DNA of 32,000 nt from Planctopirus limnophila DSM 3776 (GCF_000092105.1 NC_014148.1:3210001-3242000); one strand, 5' to 3'. Numbered from the stretch's first letter, positions 6,907 through 16,700 are shown. Numbers and translations: made by a program. Notes: a model not told the origin generated them from the letters alone.

Positions 6907-9900
6907 TCAGTTGTCGTAGCCAAGGTTGGGCATGAGCCATTTTTCGATTTCTGCAACCGACATCTCTTTGCGTCGTGCATAGTCTTCAATTTGATCTTTG
7001 GTCACTTTATCGACCGAGAAGTAGCGGGATTCTGGATGAGCGAAATACAAACCGCTCACAGCCGCCCCCGGGTGCATCGCATAGCTTTCCGTCAACTTGA
7101 TGCCTGTATTTTTCTCAACATCCAGCAGTTCGAACAGCGGAACTTTTTCCGTATGATCCGGACAGGCGGGATAGCCGTAGGCAGGCCGAATCCCACGGTA
7201 CTTTTCTTCGATCATCTCTTCTTTCGAGAGCGATTCCTCTTTGCCAAAGCCCCAATGTTGACGGGCTTCATGATGCAGATATTCGGCAAAAGCTTCGGCC
7301 AGTCGATCGGCCAAAGCCTTCGTCATGATCGAAAGATAGTCATCATGCTGTTTGTGGAGAAATTCATCCGCGAGTTCATCACAGCCAATCCCTGTGGTCA
7401 CAGCAAAAGCCCCCAGCGAATCCATCCGCCCACTTTCAATCGGTGCGATGTAATCCGCCAATGACCGAAATTCTTTCTGGCCCACTCGTTCCCACTGCTG
7501 ACGCAGCATCGGAAAGCGTTGGATGATCTCTGGTTTTCCAGCCGCCACACTCTCTGGCGAGTACAACACGATATCTTCACCATCAGCCTGTGCCGGCCAG
7601 AAACCGTACACACCCTTGGCCTGGAGGAGTTTTTCTTTCAGAATCCGGTCGAGCAGCTTTTGTGCATCACTAAAGACCCGGCTGGCTTCTTCACCAACGA
7701 CTGGATCATGGAGGATTTTCGGATATTTCCCGCGTAACTCCCAGGTCATGAAAAACGGTGACCAGTCAATGTATGGCACCAGTTTCTCGAGCGGGAAATC
7801 ATCCAGCACTTTCGCGCCCCAGAAGTCGGGAGTGTCGATCTTCACGGTCTTCCAATCGGTCTCAAACCGGCGGCGACACGCTTCTTCAAACGGAACCAGC
7901 GTGCGCTTCTGCAGATGCCCGTAGGTATCTCGATCACGCTGTTGATTGGCTGCCAATTGTTTCAAGTATTCATCACGCCGCTCATCATCCAGCAGGTTCT
8001 CGACGACAGGAACAGAGAGCGAGGCATCGACAATATGAACTGTCGGTGCCGAGTAATGGGGAGCAATCTTGACTGCGGTATGCTTCGCACTCGTGGTCGC
8101 CCCACCAATCAGGAGGGGAATCTTGAACCCGCGCCGTTCCATTTCTTTGGCGACAGTGGTCATTTCATCCAGCGATGGCGTGATCAATCCCGACAGACCG
8201 ATAATCTGGCAACCTTCCGCAATCGCGGTGTCCAGAATCTTATCGCAGGGAACCATCACCCCTAAATCGAGCACTTCGAAGTTATTGCAGCGCAAAACCA
8301 CAGCCACAATGTTTTTGCCAATGTCGTGCACATCCCCCTTCACGGTGGCAATCAGAATTTTGCCCCGGCTTGTCGATGTCGGTTGTGCTGCCACTGTTGT
8401 TTCACCGGCAGCCTCAGAACTGGCAGCCAGAGCTTCTTTCTCCGCTTCCATAAAGGGCTGCAGATAGGCCACAGACTTCTTCATGACGCGGGCGCTCTTC
8501 ACGACCTGCGGCAGAAACATCTTTCCTTCGCCAAAGAGCTTGCCCACGACATTCATGCCGTCCATCAGCGGCCCCTGAATGACATTCAGCGGTCGGCTAT
8601 ACTTGAGTCGGGCTTCTTCGGTATCTTCGTCGATAAAGTCGGCAATCCCTTTGAGCAAAGCATGCTTGAGCCGCTCTTCGACCGATTCACTGCGCCACGC
8701 TTCGACAACCGGGCCACTGTCATCCGTTCGTGTTTCGCGCGCCTTGAGTTCTTCCGAATACGCAATCAAACGCTCCGTCGCATCTGGCCGACGATTCAGC
8801 AGCACGTCTTCGACGTAGGTCAACAGCTCCTTCTCGATCTCGTCATAAACGGCCAGTTGCCCGGCGTTGACAATACCCATATCGAGACCGGCATTGATCG
8901 CGTGATACAGGAAGGCGGCATTCATCGCTTCGCGAACATGCTCATTCCCGCGGAAGGAGAACGAGACATTACTCACACCGCCGGAAGTTCGGGCATAAGG
9001 GCAGGTCGCCTTGATCTCGCGAACGGCTTCGATGAACTCGACAGCATAGTTCGCATGCTCTTCCATCCCCGTACCCACCGTGAGGATATTGCAATCGAAG
9101 ATGATATCTTCCGGCGGGAACCCGGCCTTCTCTGTCAAAAGCTTGTACGCCCGCTGACAGATCCGCACTTTGTTCACCTGATCCGCCGCCTGACCTTCTT
9201 CATCGAACGCCATCACCACGACTGCTGCGCCGTACTTGCGGATGATCCCGGCATGTTCGAGGAACTTTTCTTCCCCTTCTTTGAGGCTGATCGAATTCAC
9301 AACCCCTTTACCAGACAGACATTTCAACCCCGCCTCAATGACATCGAACTTCGAGCTGTCCACCATCACCGGCACTTTGCTGATCGCCGGATCGTCGGAG
9401 ATCAGATTCAGAAAATGAACCATCTCCGCTTTGCTGTCGAGCAGACCTTCGTCCATGTTGACGTCGATCATGTTCGCGCCGTTCTCAACCTGCTGGGCAG
9501 CAATGGTGAGAGCTTCTTCGTATTTTTTTTCGCGAATGAGTCGGGCGAACTTCTTCGAACCCGTCACGTTCGTCCGCTCACCAATCATCAGGAACGATCG
9601 GTTCGGTGCCGACTGGCCTTCGTCGAACACAGCATCGGCAGCCGGAATCTTGAGGACATCCGACCCGCTGTAAACCGACCAGTGATTCTCGTGGGGCACC
9701 TTGCGCGGAGCGACCCCCTTCACAACATTTGCGACGGCGTGAATAAACTCAGGGGTCGTGCCACAGCACCCACCGACAATATTCACCCAGCCATTTTCAG
9801 CGAACTCGCGAATGACACCCGAAAACTCGCTGGGTGTGGAATCAAAGCCCCCCATGCCGTCGGGCATGCCCGCATTGGGATAACAACTGATGTATCTGGT

Positions 9901-10692
9901 CGCAGTGTTCGCGAGCGTCTCGACATACTGCCGCATCTGCTTAGGGCCGAGTGCGCAGTTCAAACCCACGCTGGTCATGGGATTGTGCGAGACGGCTGCC
10001 CAGAAGGCCTCCATCGTCTGCCCGGTGAGCGTCACGCCACCCTGGAAAATGGTGCCACTCACCATCACAGGAATGCGAACGCCGCGTTCCGCAAAGACCT
10101 GTTCGATGGCATACAGGCAAGCCTTCATGTTCAGCGTGTCGAATGATGTCTCCGGCAGCAGTAGATCGACGCCACCATCCAGCAAGGCCCGCACCTGCCC
10201 TGCGTACGAAGCCGCCAGTTGTTCAAAGGTGACGGGCCGATAACCCGGCTTATCGGCATTGAACGAAAGCTGGAACTTCGTCGGCCCGATACTACCTGCC
10301 ACAAATCGAGGTTTGGCAGGATTTTTTTTCGTGAACTCGTCGCAGACATCGCGTGCCAGGGTCGCCGCTGCGATATTCATCTCATGAGTCAGATGCCCCA
10401 GATGAAACTCATCGAGCATGAGTTCTGTCGCACCAAACGTATTGGTCTCGATGATATCTGCACCGGCTTCGAGGTATTGCCGATGGATCGACTGGATCAT
10501 TTGGGGCTGAGTCAGCACCAGCACATCCGAGGCATTCTTCAAGTCGATTGAGTGCGACTTGAATCGCTCACCCCGATAATCGGCCTCAGTCGGCTCGAAC
10601 CGATGGATCATCGAACCCATCGCCCCGTCGAGAATCAGAATGCGATCATCCAGAAGCGACTCAAACAGTCCGGGGCGGGAAATATCAACCAT
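6907..10692 (-). CDS. metH: Cobalamin-dependent methionine synthase
   Basis: 1261 aa with the full MetH domain order. Hcy-methyltransferase N-terminus ([23 protein letters not shown]-like [11 protein letters not shown]), pterin-binding region, B12-binding motif [11 protein letters not shown], and a C-terminal AdoMet-activation domain (...[21 protein letters not shown]). Confidence 0.97.
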   Translation of the reverse strand: MVDISRPGLFESLLDDRILILDGAMGSMIHRFEPTEADYRGERFKSHSIDLKNASDVLVLTQPQMIQSIHRQYLEAGADIIETNTFGATELMLDEFHLGHLTHEMNIAAATLARDVCDEFTKKNPAKPRFVAGSIGPTKFQLSFNADKPGYRPVTFEQLAASYAGQVRALLDGGVDLLLPETSFDTLNMKACLYAIEQVFAERGVRIPVMVSGTIFQGGVTLTGQTMEAFWAAVSHNPMTSVGLNCALGPKQMRQYVETLANTATRYISCYPNAGMPDGMGGFDSTPSEFSGVIREFAENGWVNIVGGCCGTTPEFIHAVANVVKGVAPRKVPHENHWSVYSGSDVLKIPAADAVFDEGQSAPNRSFLMIGERTNVTGSKKFARLIREKKYEEALTIAAQQVENGANMIDVNMDEGLLDSKAEMVHFLNLISDDPAISKVPVMVDSSKFDVIEAGLKCLSGKGVVNSISLKEGEEKFLEHAGIIRKYGAAVVVMAFDEEGQAADQVNKVRICQRAYKLLTEKAGFPPEDIIFDCNILTVGTGMEEHANYAVEFIEAVREIKATCPYARTSGGVSNVSFSFRGNEHVREAMNAAFLYHAINAGLDMGIVNAGQLAVYDEIEKELLTYVEDVLLNRRPDATERLIAYSEELKARETRTDDSGPVVEAWRSESVEERLKHALLKGIADFIDEDTEEARLKYSRPLNVIQGPLMDGMNVVGKLFGEGKMFLPQVVKSARVMKKSVAYLQPFMEAEKEALAASSEAAGETTVAAQPTSTSRGKILIATVKGDVHDIGKNIVAVVLRCNNFEVLDLGVMVPCDKILDTAIAEGCQIIGLSGLITPSLDEMTTVAKEMERRGFKIPLLIGGATTSAKHTAVKIAPHYSAPTVHIVDASLSVPVVENLLDDERRDEYLKQLAANQQRDRDTYGHLQKRTLVPFEEACRRRFETDWKTVKIDTPDFWGAKVLDDFPLEKLVPYIDWSPFFMTWELRGKYPKILHDPVVGEEASRVFSDAQKLLDRILKEKLLQAKGVYGFWPAQADGEDIVLYSPESVAAGKPEIIQRFPMLRQQWERVGQKEFRSLADYIAPIESGRMDSLGAFAVTTGIGCDELADEFLHKQHDDYLSIMTKALADRLAEAFAEYLHHEARQHWGFGKEESLSKEEMIEEKYRGIRPAYGYPACPDHTEKVPLFELLDVEKNTGIKLTESYAMHPGAAVSGLYFAHPESRYFSVDKVTKDQIEDYARRKEMSVAEIEKWLMPNLGYDN

Positions 10693-11147
10693 GCGTCAGG
10701 TCAGCCAGTCTCAATGAGTATTACCGAAAGTTTTCGTGGGCAGCAGTGCCAATTTCAACACCGAATTTCGCCGCAACACTTAACATCCTTAGATGTTACG
10801 ACAAACTTTCAGTCCAGAAAATGCCAGGGAGTCAGCGATCGAACTTCCCCTGCTGCCAACCGGTCAGCACCTGCCTCCAAGTGCTGTCCATACCGCATTT
10901 TAGCGAATACTCTGTTTTTCTGGCACTCCCAACCTGCCTGCACAGATCGATTCAAAGCGAGTTTTCGGAACCAATCATCCCTCAAGATTCTTTGGAAACC
11001 CGCCTCTCTCTCCCGAATGATCTTCACCAAAAAGCCATTTCCAGCTATTCCATCGTCAGTTTTTCGGCCTCAGCGATGCCTTCAGGAGGTCAAAGCGATC
11101 ACCCCCACAACCTTCGCCCCGTACCTTTGCCACGTACTTTTGCCTGA

Positions 11148-12203
11148 GTGATTCCTCCCATGTCACAAGCTTCCATACCACCAGCATCCAGAACCACTTC
11201 GACTCGCGGGAACCTGCCCTTGGCTGTGGTTCTGTGCCTGATCGTGATGGCGCCCCCAGCACTGGCCTGGGCGGCCCCTTTCTGGAGCCAGCCCACTCCT
11301 TGGAAGCAGGCCTTACCAGCAGGCCCGGCACTCGCCTTCTCGCAATATGCCGTCGATCTGGGCAAGGTGCGGCCGGCCGACGAACTCCGTGCCACGTTTC
11401 GCTTTCGCAATACCAGCACTGTCCCGGTGACCATTCAAGAACTGATCCCCAGTTGCGGCTGCCTGATGCCTCGCCTCGATAAACAGGTCTATGCCCCCGG
11501 CGAAGCCGGACAGATCAATCTTCGCATGCAGCCCGCTAACGAAACGCCCGGTGAGAAAGAATTCTTCTGCGATGTCGTCTATCGCGATACACAGACGCGA
11601 ACGGACCGGCTCACTTTCCGCCTCCATCTCCCGGAACAGCGATTAAGTGTCCGCCCACCAGCGCTGATTGTCTATCAGCTCAGCAACCAGCCGACGACAC
11701 AGCCTCTGTTTGTTCACGACAGCCGGGGCCACCAGGTCGAAATCTTGAGCCTGCGCACAGGTTCCCCCTTTGTGAAAGCTTCGCTGACTCCTCCGGAAGG
11801 CTTTTCACTTGAACAGATCCAACCTGCTCAAAAATCGAAGGAAGCGGCACAAGCTGTCTCCGCCTTGACCCCGGCGAATATCAACCCGCCAGTCAAACCT
11901 TCGCTGACTCCCATCCCGGAAACAGAGCCACTTCCCGAAACCACAGCAGGCAAAAACCGGTCACAGAGACGGCCATCAGCCGGTCATTCCGATCCTTTTG
12001 TGACGGAAGAAGCTCACCAGCCCAACGAGAAGATTGTGTACATCACCGTCGTTGCCGAACTCCCCCCCGGCCGCCACCACGCCCTGATTGAAATCGAAAC
12101 GACTGATCCCGAAACACGCTTTCTGAAAGTCCCCGTAATGATCCAGGGCCGGAATGTTGAAAGGCCGAAGGACATGCACCAATCTCACGGCTTGCGAAAA
12201 TAG
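11148..12203 (+). CDS. DUF1573 domain-containing secreted protein
   Basis: 351 aa. The start is GTG at 11148, with an in-frame ATG at 11160. Signal-like LPLAVVLCLIVMAPPALAWA. DUF1573 signature FRFRNTSTVPVTIQELIPSCGCLMPRLDKQVYAPGEAGQINL. A Pro/Ser/Thr-rich linker is followed by a second beta-rich region. Confidence 0.75.
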   Translation: MIPPMSQASIPPASRTTSTRGNLPLAVVLCLIVMAPPALAWAAPFWSQPTPWKQALPAGPALAFSQYAVDLGKVRPADELRATFRFRNTSTVPVTIQELIPSCGCLMPRLDKQVYAPGEAGQINLRMQPANETPGEKEFFCDVVYRDTQTRTDRLTFRLHLPEQRLSVRPPALIVYQLSNQPTTQPLFVHDSRGHQVEILSLRTGSPFVKASLTPPEGFSLEQIQPAQKSKEAAQAVSALTPANINPPVKPSLTPIPETEPLPETTAGKNRSQRRPSAGHSDPFVTEEAHQPNEKIVYITVVAELPPGRHHALIEIETTDPETRFLKVPVMIQGRNVERPKDMHQSHGLRK

Positions 12204-12469
12204 CAACCTCACGACTCACGCCATTTTCAACCACGCCTCCTGAATCTTTTGCGGGGATCTCAAGCGATCGCACCGAAAAGTTGACAACAGGATCGTTAAC
12301 AACAAAAGCTCCCAGTCATCACAGCCATAAAGGCCCGAAAATACTGGAATGCTCTAACGTCTTTGGGGCTATAACAGGGCATAATCCCATGGGTCATATT
12401 GTGGTCACTTGTGAAGCCTGAACCACTTGATCATTAAACAAGTGCCGGGGCTGACATACCGCCTTAAAT

Positions 12470-12985
12470 TCACTTTTCAGGAGTTGGCTCCGAAGGGGAT
12501 GTAGACGTTTCGCTTGGGATAACCAGCAGGATATTGTTGCCACCCGACTTCACGATCACAGGTTCCGGGAGCACATATTGACTAAGTTTTAACGCACCGT
12601 CATTCGTAACCGTCTTACCGTCAGAAACCGGTTCTGGCGAAATGCCAAGCGTAATCGTCACCTGATGTGACCCCAAAACCGCACCCTGCATTTCTCCCGA
12701 AACAGACGAAAGGATATATCGTCCATTGGCATCCGTTGTCGCGGCTGAGGATTTCCCTTTCTCGGGCCTGAAGAATACGAACGCAGCAGGAACGGGCTGT
12801 CCATTCTGCTGCACAATACCTTCGACTGGTGACATACCGCTTCCAGACCAGCATCCTATGGATGTCAGCCCCAACAAGAAGATCAAGACGGCCAGTCGTC
12901 GCGTGTAGAGACTGAGAGCATCGCACAACCTGTCAAGCGAAGATACATTCCGAAGATTTTTCTCTAGAGTGCAAGGCTTGGTCAT
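12470..12985 (-). CDS. Carboxypeptidase-regulatory-like domain lipoprotein
   Basis: 171 aa. Hydrophobic leader ending LLGLTSIGC (lipobox-like). Then GIVQQNGQPVPAAFVFFRPEKGKSSAATTDANGRYILSS, the G-x-V...G-x-P...TD-x-G-x-Y pattern of CarboxypepD_reg-like domains. This type of small gene commonly accompanies DUF1559 genes in planctomycetes. Confidence 0.6.
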   Translation of the reverse strand: MTKPCTLEKNLRNVSSLDRLCDALSLYTRRLAVLIFLLGLTSIGCWSGSGMSPVEGIVQQNGQPVPAAFVFFRPEKGKSSAATTDANGRYILSSVSGEMQGAVLGSHQVTITLGISPEPVSDGKTVTNDGALKLSQYVLPEPVIVKSGGNNILLVIPSETSTSPSEPTPEK

Positions 12986-13069
12986 ATTTTCTATTCACAG
13001 AAGAGGATAAGCGAATGTCCGCCAATGATGACTCGCCATAAAACTGAAGTACGAGAGCCAATACGCAAA

Positions 13070-13104
13070 GCAGCCTAGACGGCGAAAAACACTGTCTAGG
13101 CTGC
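13070..13104 (-). terminator. Perfect 11-bp-stem hairpin between the two lipoprotein genes (terminator or processing-site candidate)
   Basis: GCAGCCTAGAC (13070..13080) and GTCTAGGCTGC (13094..13104) are exact reverse complements with a 13-nt loop. On the minus strand the hairpin is followed by TTTGCGTATT, a weak U-tract. Confidence 0.4.
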
Positions 13105-13145
13105 CAACATGCAAGGCTTAATTGTTCCTTCTGAAATTATTCCCA

Positions 13146-13310
13146 CTATTCGGGAAGTGGGCCAGGTGAATCGGCCTCTGCTTTAGCCTCCTGGGGGCTC
13201 TCCGTTACGGCCGGCCCGCTCGATGGAACCGGCGGGGGAGGCGACGAACCACAACCAACCACAGAAACCATCAGCACAACGCCGAGCGCTACAATCCAGC
13301 AATGATTCAT
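13146..13310 (-). CDS. Small (54 aa) Pro-rich putative lipoprotein
   Basis: Own translation, below the 60-aa cut-off of the ORF track: MNHCWIVALGVVLMVSVVGCGSSPPPPVPSSGPAVTESPQEAKAEADSPGPLPE*. It has a signal peptide plus a VVGC lipobox and a GGGA Shine-Dalgarno-like motif about 6 nt upstream. It starts 51 nt downstream of the DUF1559 stop on the same strand. Confidence 0.5.
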   Translation of the reverse strand: MNHCWIVALGVVLMVSVVGCGSSPPPPVPSSGPAVTESPQEAKAEADSPGPLPE

Positions 13311-13361
13311 ACTAATCCCTATGATCTATGAGACTCCACATTTAAGAAAAATATAGGAACC

Positions 13362-14378
13362 TTAGAATTCCCCAACGTTATTTCCATCTGAGGCACCAGC
13401 CAGGTAGTACTGGAAGACCGTTGTGTTCATGTTCGCATTGAGCACACGAACTGAACCATCACACATCGCGACGTGCATCATCCCATCATGAGGGCTGGAG
13501 AAACGCCATGCATCAGCTGTGGCTGGGTTGGCAAGGAACATACCTGGAAAAGTGAGTTTCGCGCTGGCACCCATCCAGCTCATGCTACTTGCGAGCGAAC
13601 CTTGCGTAGTGATGCCCCCAATCTGCTCACCGAACATCATCACGTTCGACGTACCGTCGGAAATATCTCTCATCCGCTTTTTGCTGCGGTTGCACGCAAT
13701 TCCTTTATACAACCCCCAACCGGAGACATCACCGTAGACCCCAGCAAACATCGCATAATTACTACGCTTGAAACTGCTCGCTGGTAACCCTGTTGCGGTG
13801 GTTGGAACAGTCGTGGGAGAGAAGAACGAAAGACTGCGTGACCCGCCACCTGATGTCTGAATCCAGGAAAGACCGATCACCACTTGGGCGGTAGGATCCT
13901 GATTTGCCATCGAATCCGACGGGCAGATAAATCCCGGAATCAAAGTGGCTGCCGCGCGATTGCATCCCGCATCCCAAAACCAGTTAGTCTGATTGGGTGG
14001 CAGGATGTCCGGATTGAGTTGATTAGGATCAATCGTATTAAACAACGGAGCCTGATCCATATAAGGCAGTAAATGGACGAGTGTGCTGACCCTTGAGGCA
14101 GTGGAAGGTGGGTGAGCCAGTGCAGGGGTTCCCGCATCGTTCAAGGGACCACTTGGAAGACGCCCGTAGGTACTCTCGAAGTTATGAACCGCAAGCGCGA
14201 GCTGCTTGAGGTTATTCCTGCATTGTGTTCTTCGGGCAGACTCACGGGCCTGCTGAACAGCTGGTAGTAACAGTGCAATCAGCACTGCGATGATGGCAAT
14301 CACCACCAGCAATTCAATCAGCGTAAAACCTCTTCGAGCTTGCGAAACACCGGGAAAACCGGAACGAGAGAAAACCAT
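13362..14378 (-). CDS. DUF1559 domain protein with a prepilin-type N-terminal cleavage/methylation motif (H-X9-DG family)
   Basis: 338 aa. N-terminus RRGFTLIELLVVIAIIAVLIALLLPAVQQARESARRTQCRNNLKQLALAVHNFES, with G|FTLIE at about 14313..14330. C-terminal H-DGMMHVAMC-DG, the H-X9-DG motif, at 13455..13490 (verified codon by codon). GGGAG lies upstream of the ATG. Confidence 0.9.
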   Translation of the reverse strand: MVFSRSGFPGVSQARRGFTLIELLVVIAIIAVLIALLLPAVQQARESARRTQCRNNLKQLALAVHNFESTYGRLPSGPLNDAGTPALAHPPSTASRVSTLVHLLPYMDQAPLFNTIDPNQLNPDILPPNQTNWFWDAGCNRAAATLIPGFICPSDSMANQDPTAQVVIGLSWIQTSGGGSRSLSFFSPTTVPTTATGLPASSFKRSNYAMFAGVYGDVSGWGLYKGIACNRSKKRMRDISDGTSNVMMFGEQIGGITTQGSLASSMSWMGASAKLTFPGMFLANPATADAWRFSSPHDGMMHVAMCDGSVRVLNANMNTTVFQYYLAGASDGNNVGEF

Positions 14379-15382
14379 AAGACCACTCCCAACAGGCTAA
14401 AGAAAAGAAACGAAATGAGAGAACCGACCGGCTGCTTTTGAACAGCAGCGGCATACAGGGCGTTACAGAAGTGAGAGCTGCAGAAGAATGCAGCACAACT
14501 CGCCACCTAGGCAATTACCATGCCATGACGTCCGGCAAATTCCTGAGCCGGGAATTTGCGCCTCGTGACGACTCAGGAATGAATTTTCGGGTCACTTGGT
14601 ACCGCAACACTCGGATCGCAAAACCAGAGGCATTTGATCTTGACACGCTTCGAAGAAAAGCCAGGGTCGGGCATGTTGCTCGCAAGGCTAAAATCTCTGT
14701 GAATTTCGCAAGAATTTCGAGTTTTTGCGGAACTTTTCTGGCTGTACGAAAGCTCGATGAAACATTGGTTTGTCGACACGAACCACGAAGCATCCTCTGT
14801 TACTTTTCATCAGCGGTATTGACTTCAAAGACCAAATTGAGATCAAGAATCCTGATCATTCCAGACAGCTGGCACACTCATAATTGCACTCTTCGCTGCT
14901 TGACGTGCTAGTCAATCACACAAAATCGCACAATCCCGTTGCGACCCTGCACGGAATAAGTGCAACTACCAACATACGTCGCCACAAGAATCACAAGCCA
15001 CAGCAACATCTGTCTCAACAATCGATTGAATACTCTTCGTAAGTCCCTACCCCATCAACAAATGAATTCTGTTTGCAATTGCAGCTTTTGCTCACAAAAT
15101 CCATAGCCACTCTTATACCTTTTGTGTCTTACAACTCTTCTCACACGCTGATAGGGAATTCCTTTCTCCGCCCAAGGCGTAGGTTCCAGCCCGGTTTTTC
15201 GTGCATCCAGCTAAGCCCAATGAACTCTGTCCACATCAAAAAGGAATTCATCGCCCCTAAGGTCGTGAGCTGCTAAATTCTTTTGAAACAATCTGCTCAT
15301 ACACCGACTCTCAGAGCGGGGTCAGAAAGTCACCACTGACACTTCGGCCTGCGAGTTAAACACGCCTGCGAAACCACTCCCC

Positions 15383-16198
15383 ATGAACACCCGTATGCCT
15401 CACTGGGCTCAACAACCCAAGCCGGGAGCCTGGCTGCGGGGGACGCTTTGTGCGTTCACCTTTTTGATTTCCCCACTGGGAAAATTTGTCCCGCGTCGCT
15501 TCGCTAATCACACCTCGGCGGATCGACTCGAACATGGGCTTGTCATTATCCTCCCGGGGATCGACAGCTTCAGCTTTCTGAATCTCGGCACGGCTTGCGG
15601 CCTCCTCGACGGTGGAGTCCGCTCGGCCATTCGCACTATCGACTGGACCACCGGCTGGGATTTTCTGTTCCTGTATCATCTCCGGGGAGATCGTCGTAAC
15701 TGGAGAGTGGCGCAGTTTATCGCGGATGAGATCCGCAACTATCAATCCCGCTACCCCGGCAGACCTGTCACACTCGTGGGCCATTCGGGTGGCGGTGGCA
15801 TGGCCTTACGGATTCTCGAACTCCTCGGGCCTCAATCCCGCATCTCGGCCGCAGTTCTCATCGCCCCCGCAGTCTCCACTCAGTACGACCTCACCAGGGC
15901 TCGTCAAGGCGTGATGCATGGGATCTGGCACTTCTATTCGCCGCTGGATGTCTTTTTTGTGGGTGCCGGCACAATTCTCCTGGGAACCTTCGACGGCAAA
16001 TACTCCCCCTGCAGTGGCATGCTGGGCTTTCAACATCCTTCCGCCCGCCAGGGAGATGGTGCTCCCTTCCACCAGATCGCCTATGACTGGTCGTTTACCC
16101 GCTGGTTTCACACCGGTGGCCATCTGAGTTGTGTCAATCGAGTCTTCGTCGAAGCCATGATTGCTCCAATCATCAAACGATTTGAGCAGGCTGTCTGA
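15383..16198 (+). CDS. Alpha/beta-fold hydrolase (serine hydrolase, unknown substrate)
   Basis: 271 aa. Nucleophile-elbow motif VTLVGHSGGGGMAL, an upstream LVIILPG strand and a downstream HTGGH. The start is uncertain (ATG 15383 or the next Met, 4 codons on) and there is no clear SD. Confidence 0.6.
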   Translation: MNTRMPHWAQQPKPGAWLRGTLCAFTFLISPLGKFVPRRFANHTSADRLEHGLVIILPGIDSFSFLNLGTACGLLDGGVRSAIRTIDWTTGWDFLFLYHLRGDRRNWRVAQFIADEIRNYQSRYPGRPVTLVGHSGGGGMALRILELLGPQSRISAAVLIAPAVSTQYDLTRARQGVMHGIWHFYSPLDVFFVGAGTILLGTFDGKYSPCSGMLGFQHPSARQGDGAPFHQIAYDWSFTRWFHTGGHLSCVNRVFVEAMIAPIIKRFEQAV

Positions 16199-16205
16199 TA
16201 CCGAT

Positions 16206-16258
16206 CCCAGAAATCAAATGCGTCTGGCGTGTCGATCAAGCATGCTTGCTCCGAGCCG
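16206..16258. repeat. Intergenic repeat family 1, copy A left part (left hairpin arm plus loop)
   Basis: 44 of 53 positions are identical to 28494..28546 in an ungapped hand alignment. This includes exact blocks CCCAGAAATCAA and CATGCTTGCTCCGAGCCG. Confidence 0.7.
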
Positions 16259-16310
16259 CTGTCTTTTACACACAACTTTGTATGCCTATTGATCTGCGCT
16301 TTGGCTGGAG

Positions 16311-16349
16311 ACTGCGTGGCTGGGGTCAAACGTCCTCGTTTGCCCCCAG
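16311..16349. repeat. Intergenic hairpin repeat, family 2 copy
   Basis: ACTGCGTGGC (16311..16320), then CTGGGG-T-CAAACG-TCCT-CGTTTG-C-CCCCAG: 12 of 13 stem positions pair around a 4-nt loop. It shares the left flank and outer arms with 4081..4122. Confidence 0.6.
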
Positions 16350-16635
16350 GTTATGGGACATTGATCATTCTTAACGAATTGGCTTGGAAGTCGTAAGTGC
16401 ATGATTCGGATGCATTCGTGCTGGTGACCTTGATTGGCCAAGGGGCGGATGAAGACATCCGACCCTTGCCACCCATTCTTAAATCCTATGTGACATTGAA
16501 AAGCGTAACGACCAAGCCCTTTCGCGAGCCATCCGAGACCAGGTCAACAGCGGTGGCATGACATGCGTATGGCGCGGCTTCTTGTTGTCGTGGCTTTGCA
16601 CGACCACCCAGCCACGAGTTGGCCGGGCCACCTGT

Positions 16636-16654
16636 CGAGCCGCAAGCATGGCAC
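16636..16654. repeat. Intergenic repeat family 1, copy A right part (displaced right hairpin arm)
   Basis: CGAGCCG-CAAGCATGGCAC. GCAAGCATG (16642..16650) is the exact complement of CATGCTTGC at 16241..16249. It corresponds to GTAAGCATGGCAC at 28546..28558. Confidence 0.65.
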
Positions 16655-16700
16655 ACTCGTCGCGATGATCTTTTGGGATCCGTATGAGACGAGTATTTAT

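Noticed and set aside
8326-10146. A 606-aa open reading frame on the plus strand, antisense to metH.
   Set aside because: It lies entirely inside the unambiguous metH CDS. Its translation is Arg/His/Leu/Phe-rich with no recognisable motif, and it is accompanied by several other long antisense ORFs (7523..7924, 8069..8467, 9890..10243). This is typical shadow-ORF behaviour opposite a long, codon-biased gene.
10693-11147. A possible riboswitch (cobalamin, SAM or SAH class) in the 455-nt region upstream of metH.
   Set aside because: I read the minus-strand leader and found GGGGAAG and GGTGCTGACC-like fragments. I found no B12 box (GCCACTG), no SAM-I core (GAGGGA...GGTGC in the right order with the closing helix) and no SAH-class signature. 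Only a small hairpin, AACATC-TAAG-GATGTT, stands out. An Infernal/Rfam scan would settle it.
14438-14911. A 157-aa ORF in the long intergenic region.
   Set aside because: It has a TTG start and overlaps minus-strand ORFs of similar length. Its Arg/Cys/Ser-rich composition carries no motif or membrane or signal features. I treat it as non-coding pending a homology search.
15356-15784. A 142-aa ORF antisense to the alpha/beta hydrolase gene.
   Set aside because: The plus-strand frame carries the GHSGGG nucleophile elbow and a coherent hydrolase layout. The antisense frame has no recognisable features.
16219-16293. Short peptides encoded within repeat family 1: 24 codons at 16219, and 14 codons at 28505 in the other copy.
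   Set aside because: The conserved nucleotide block is read in different frames in the two copies (AGC ATG CTT GCT versus CAG CAT GCT TGC). Conservation is therefore at the DNA/RNA level, not the protein level.
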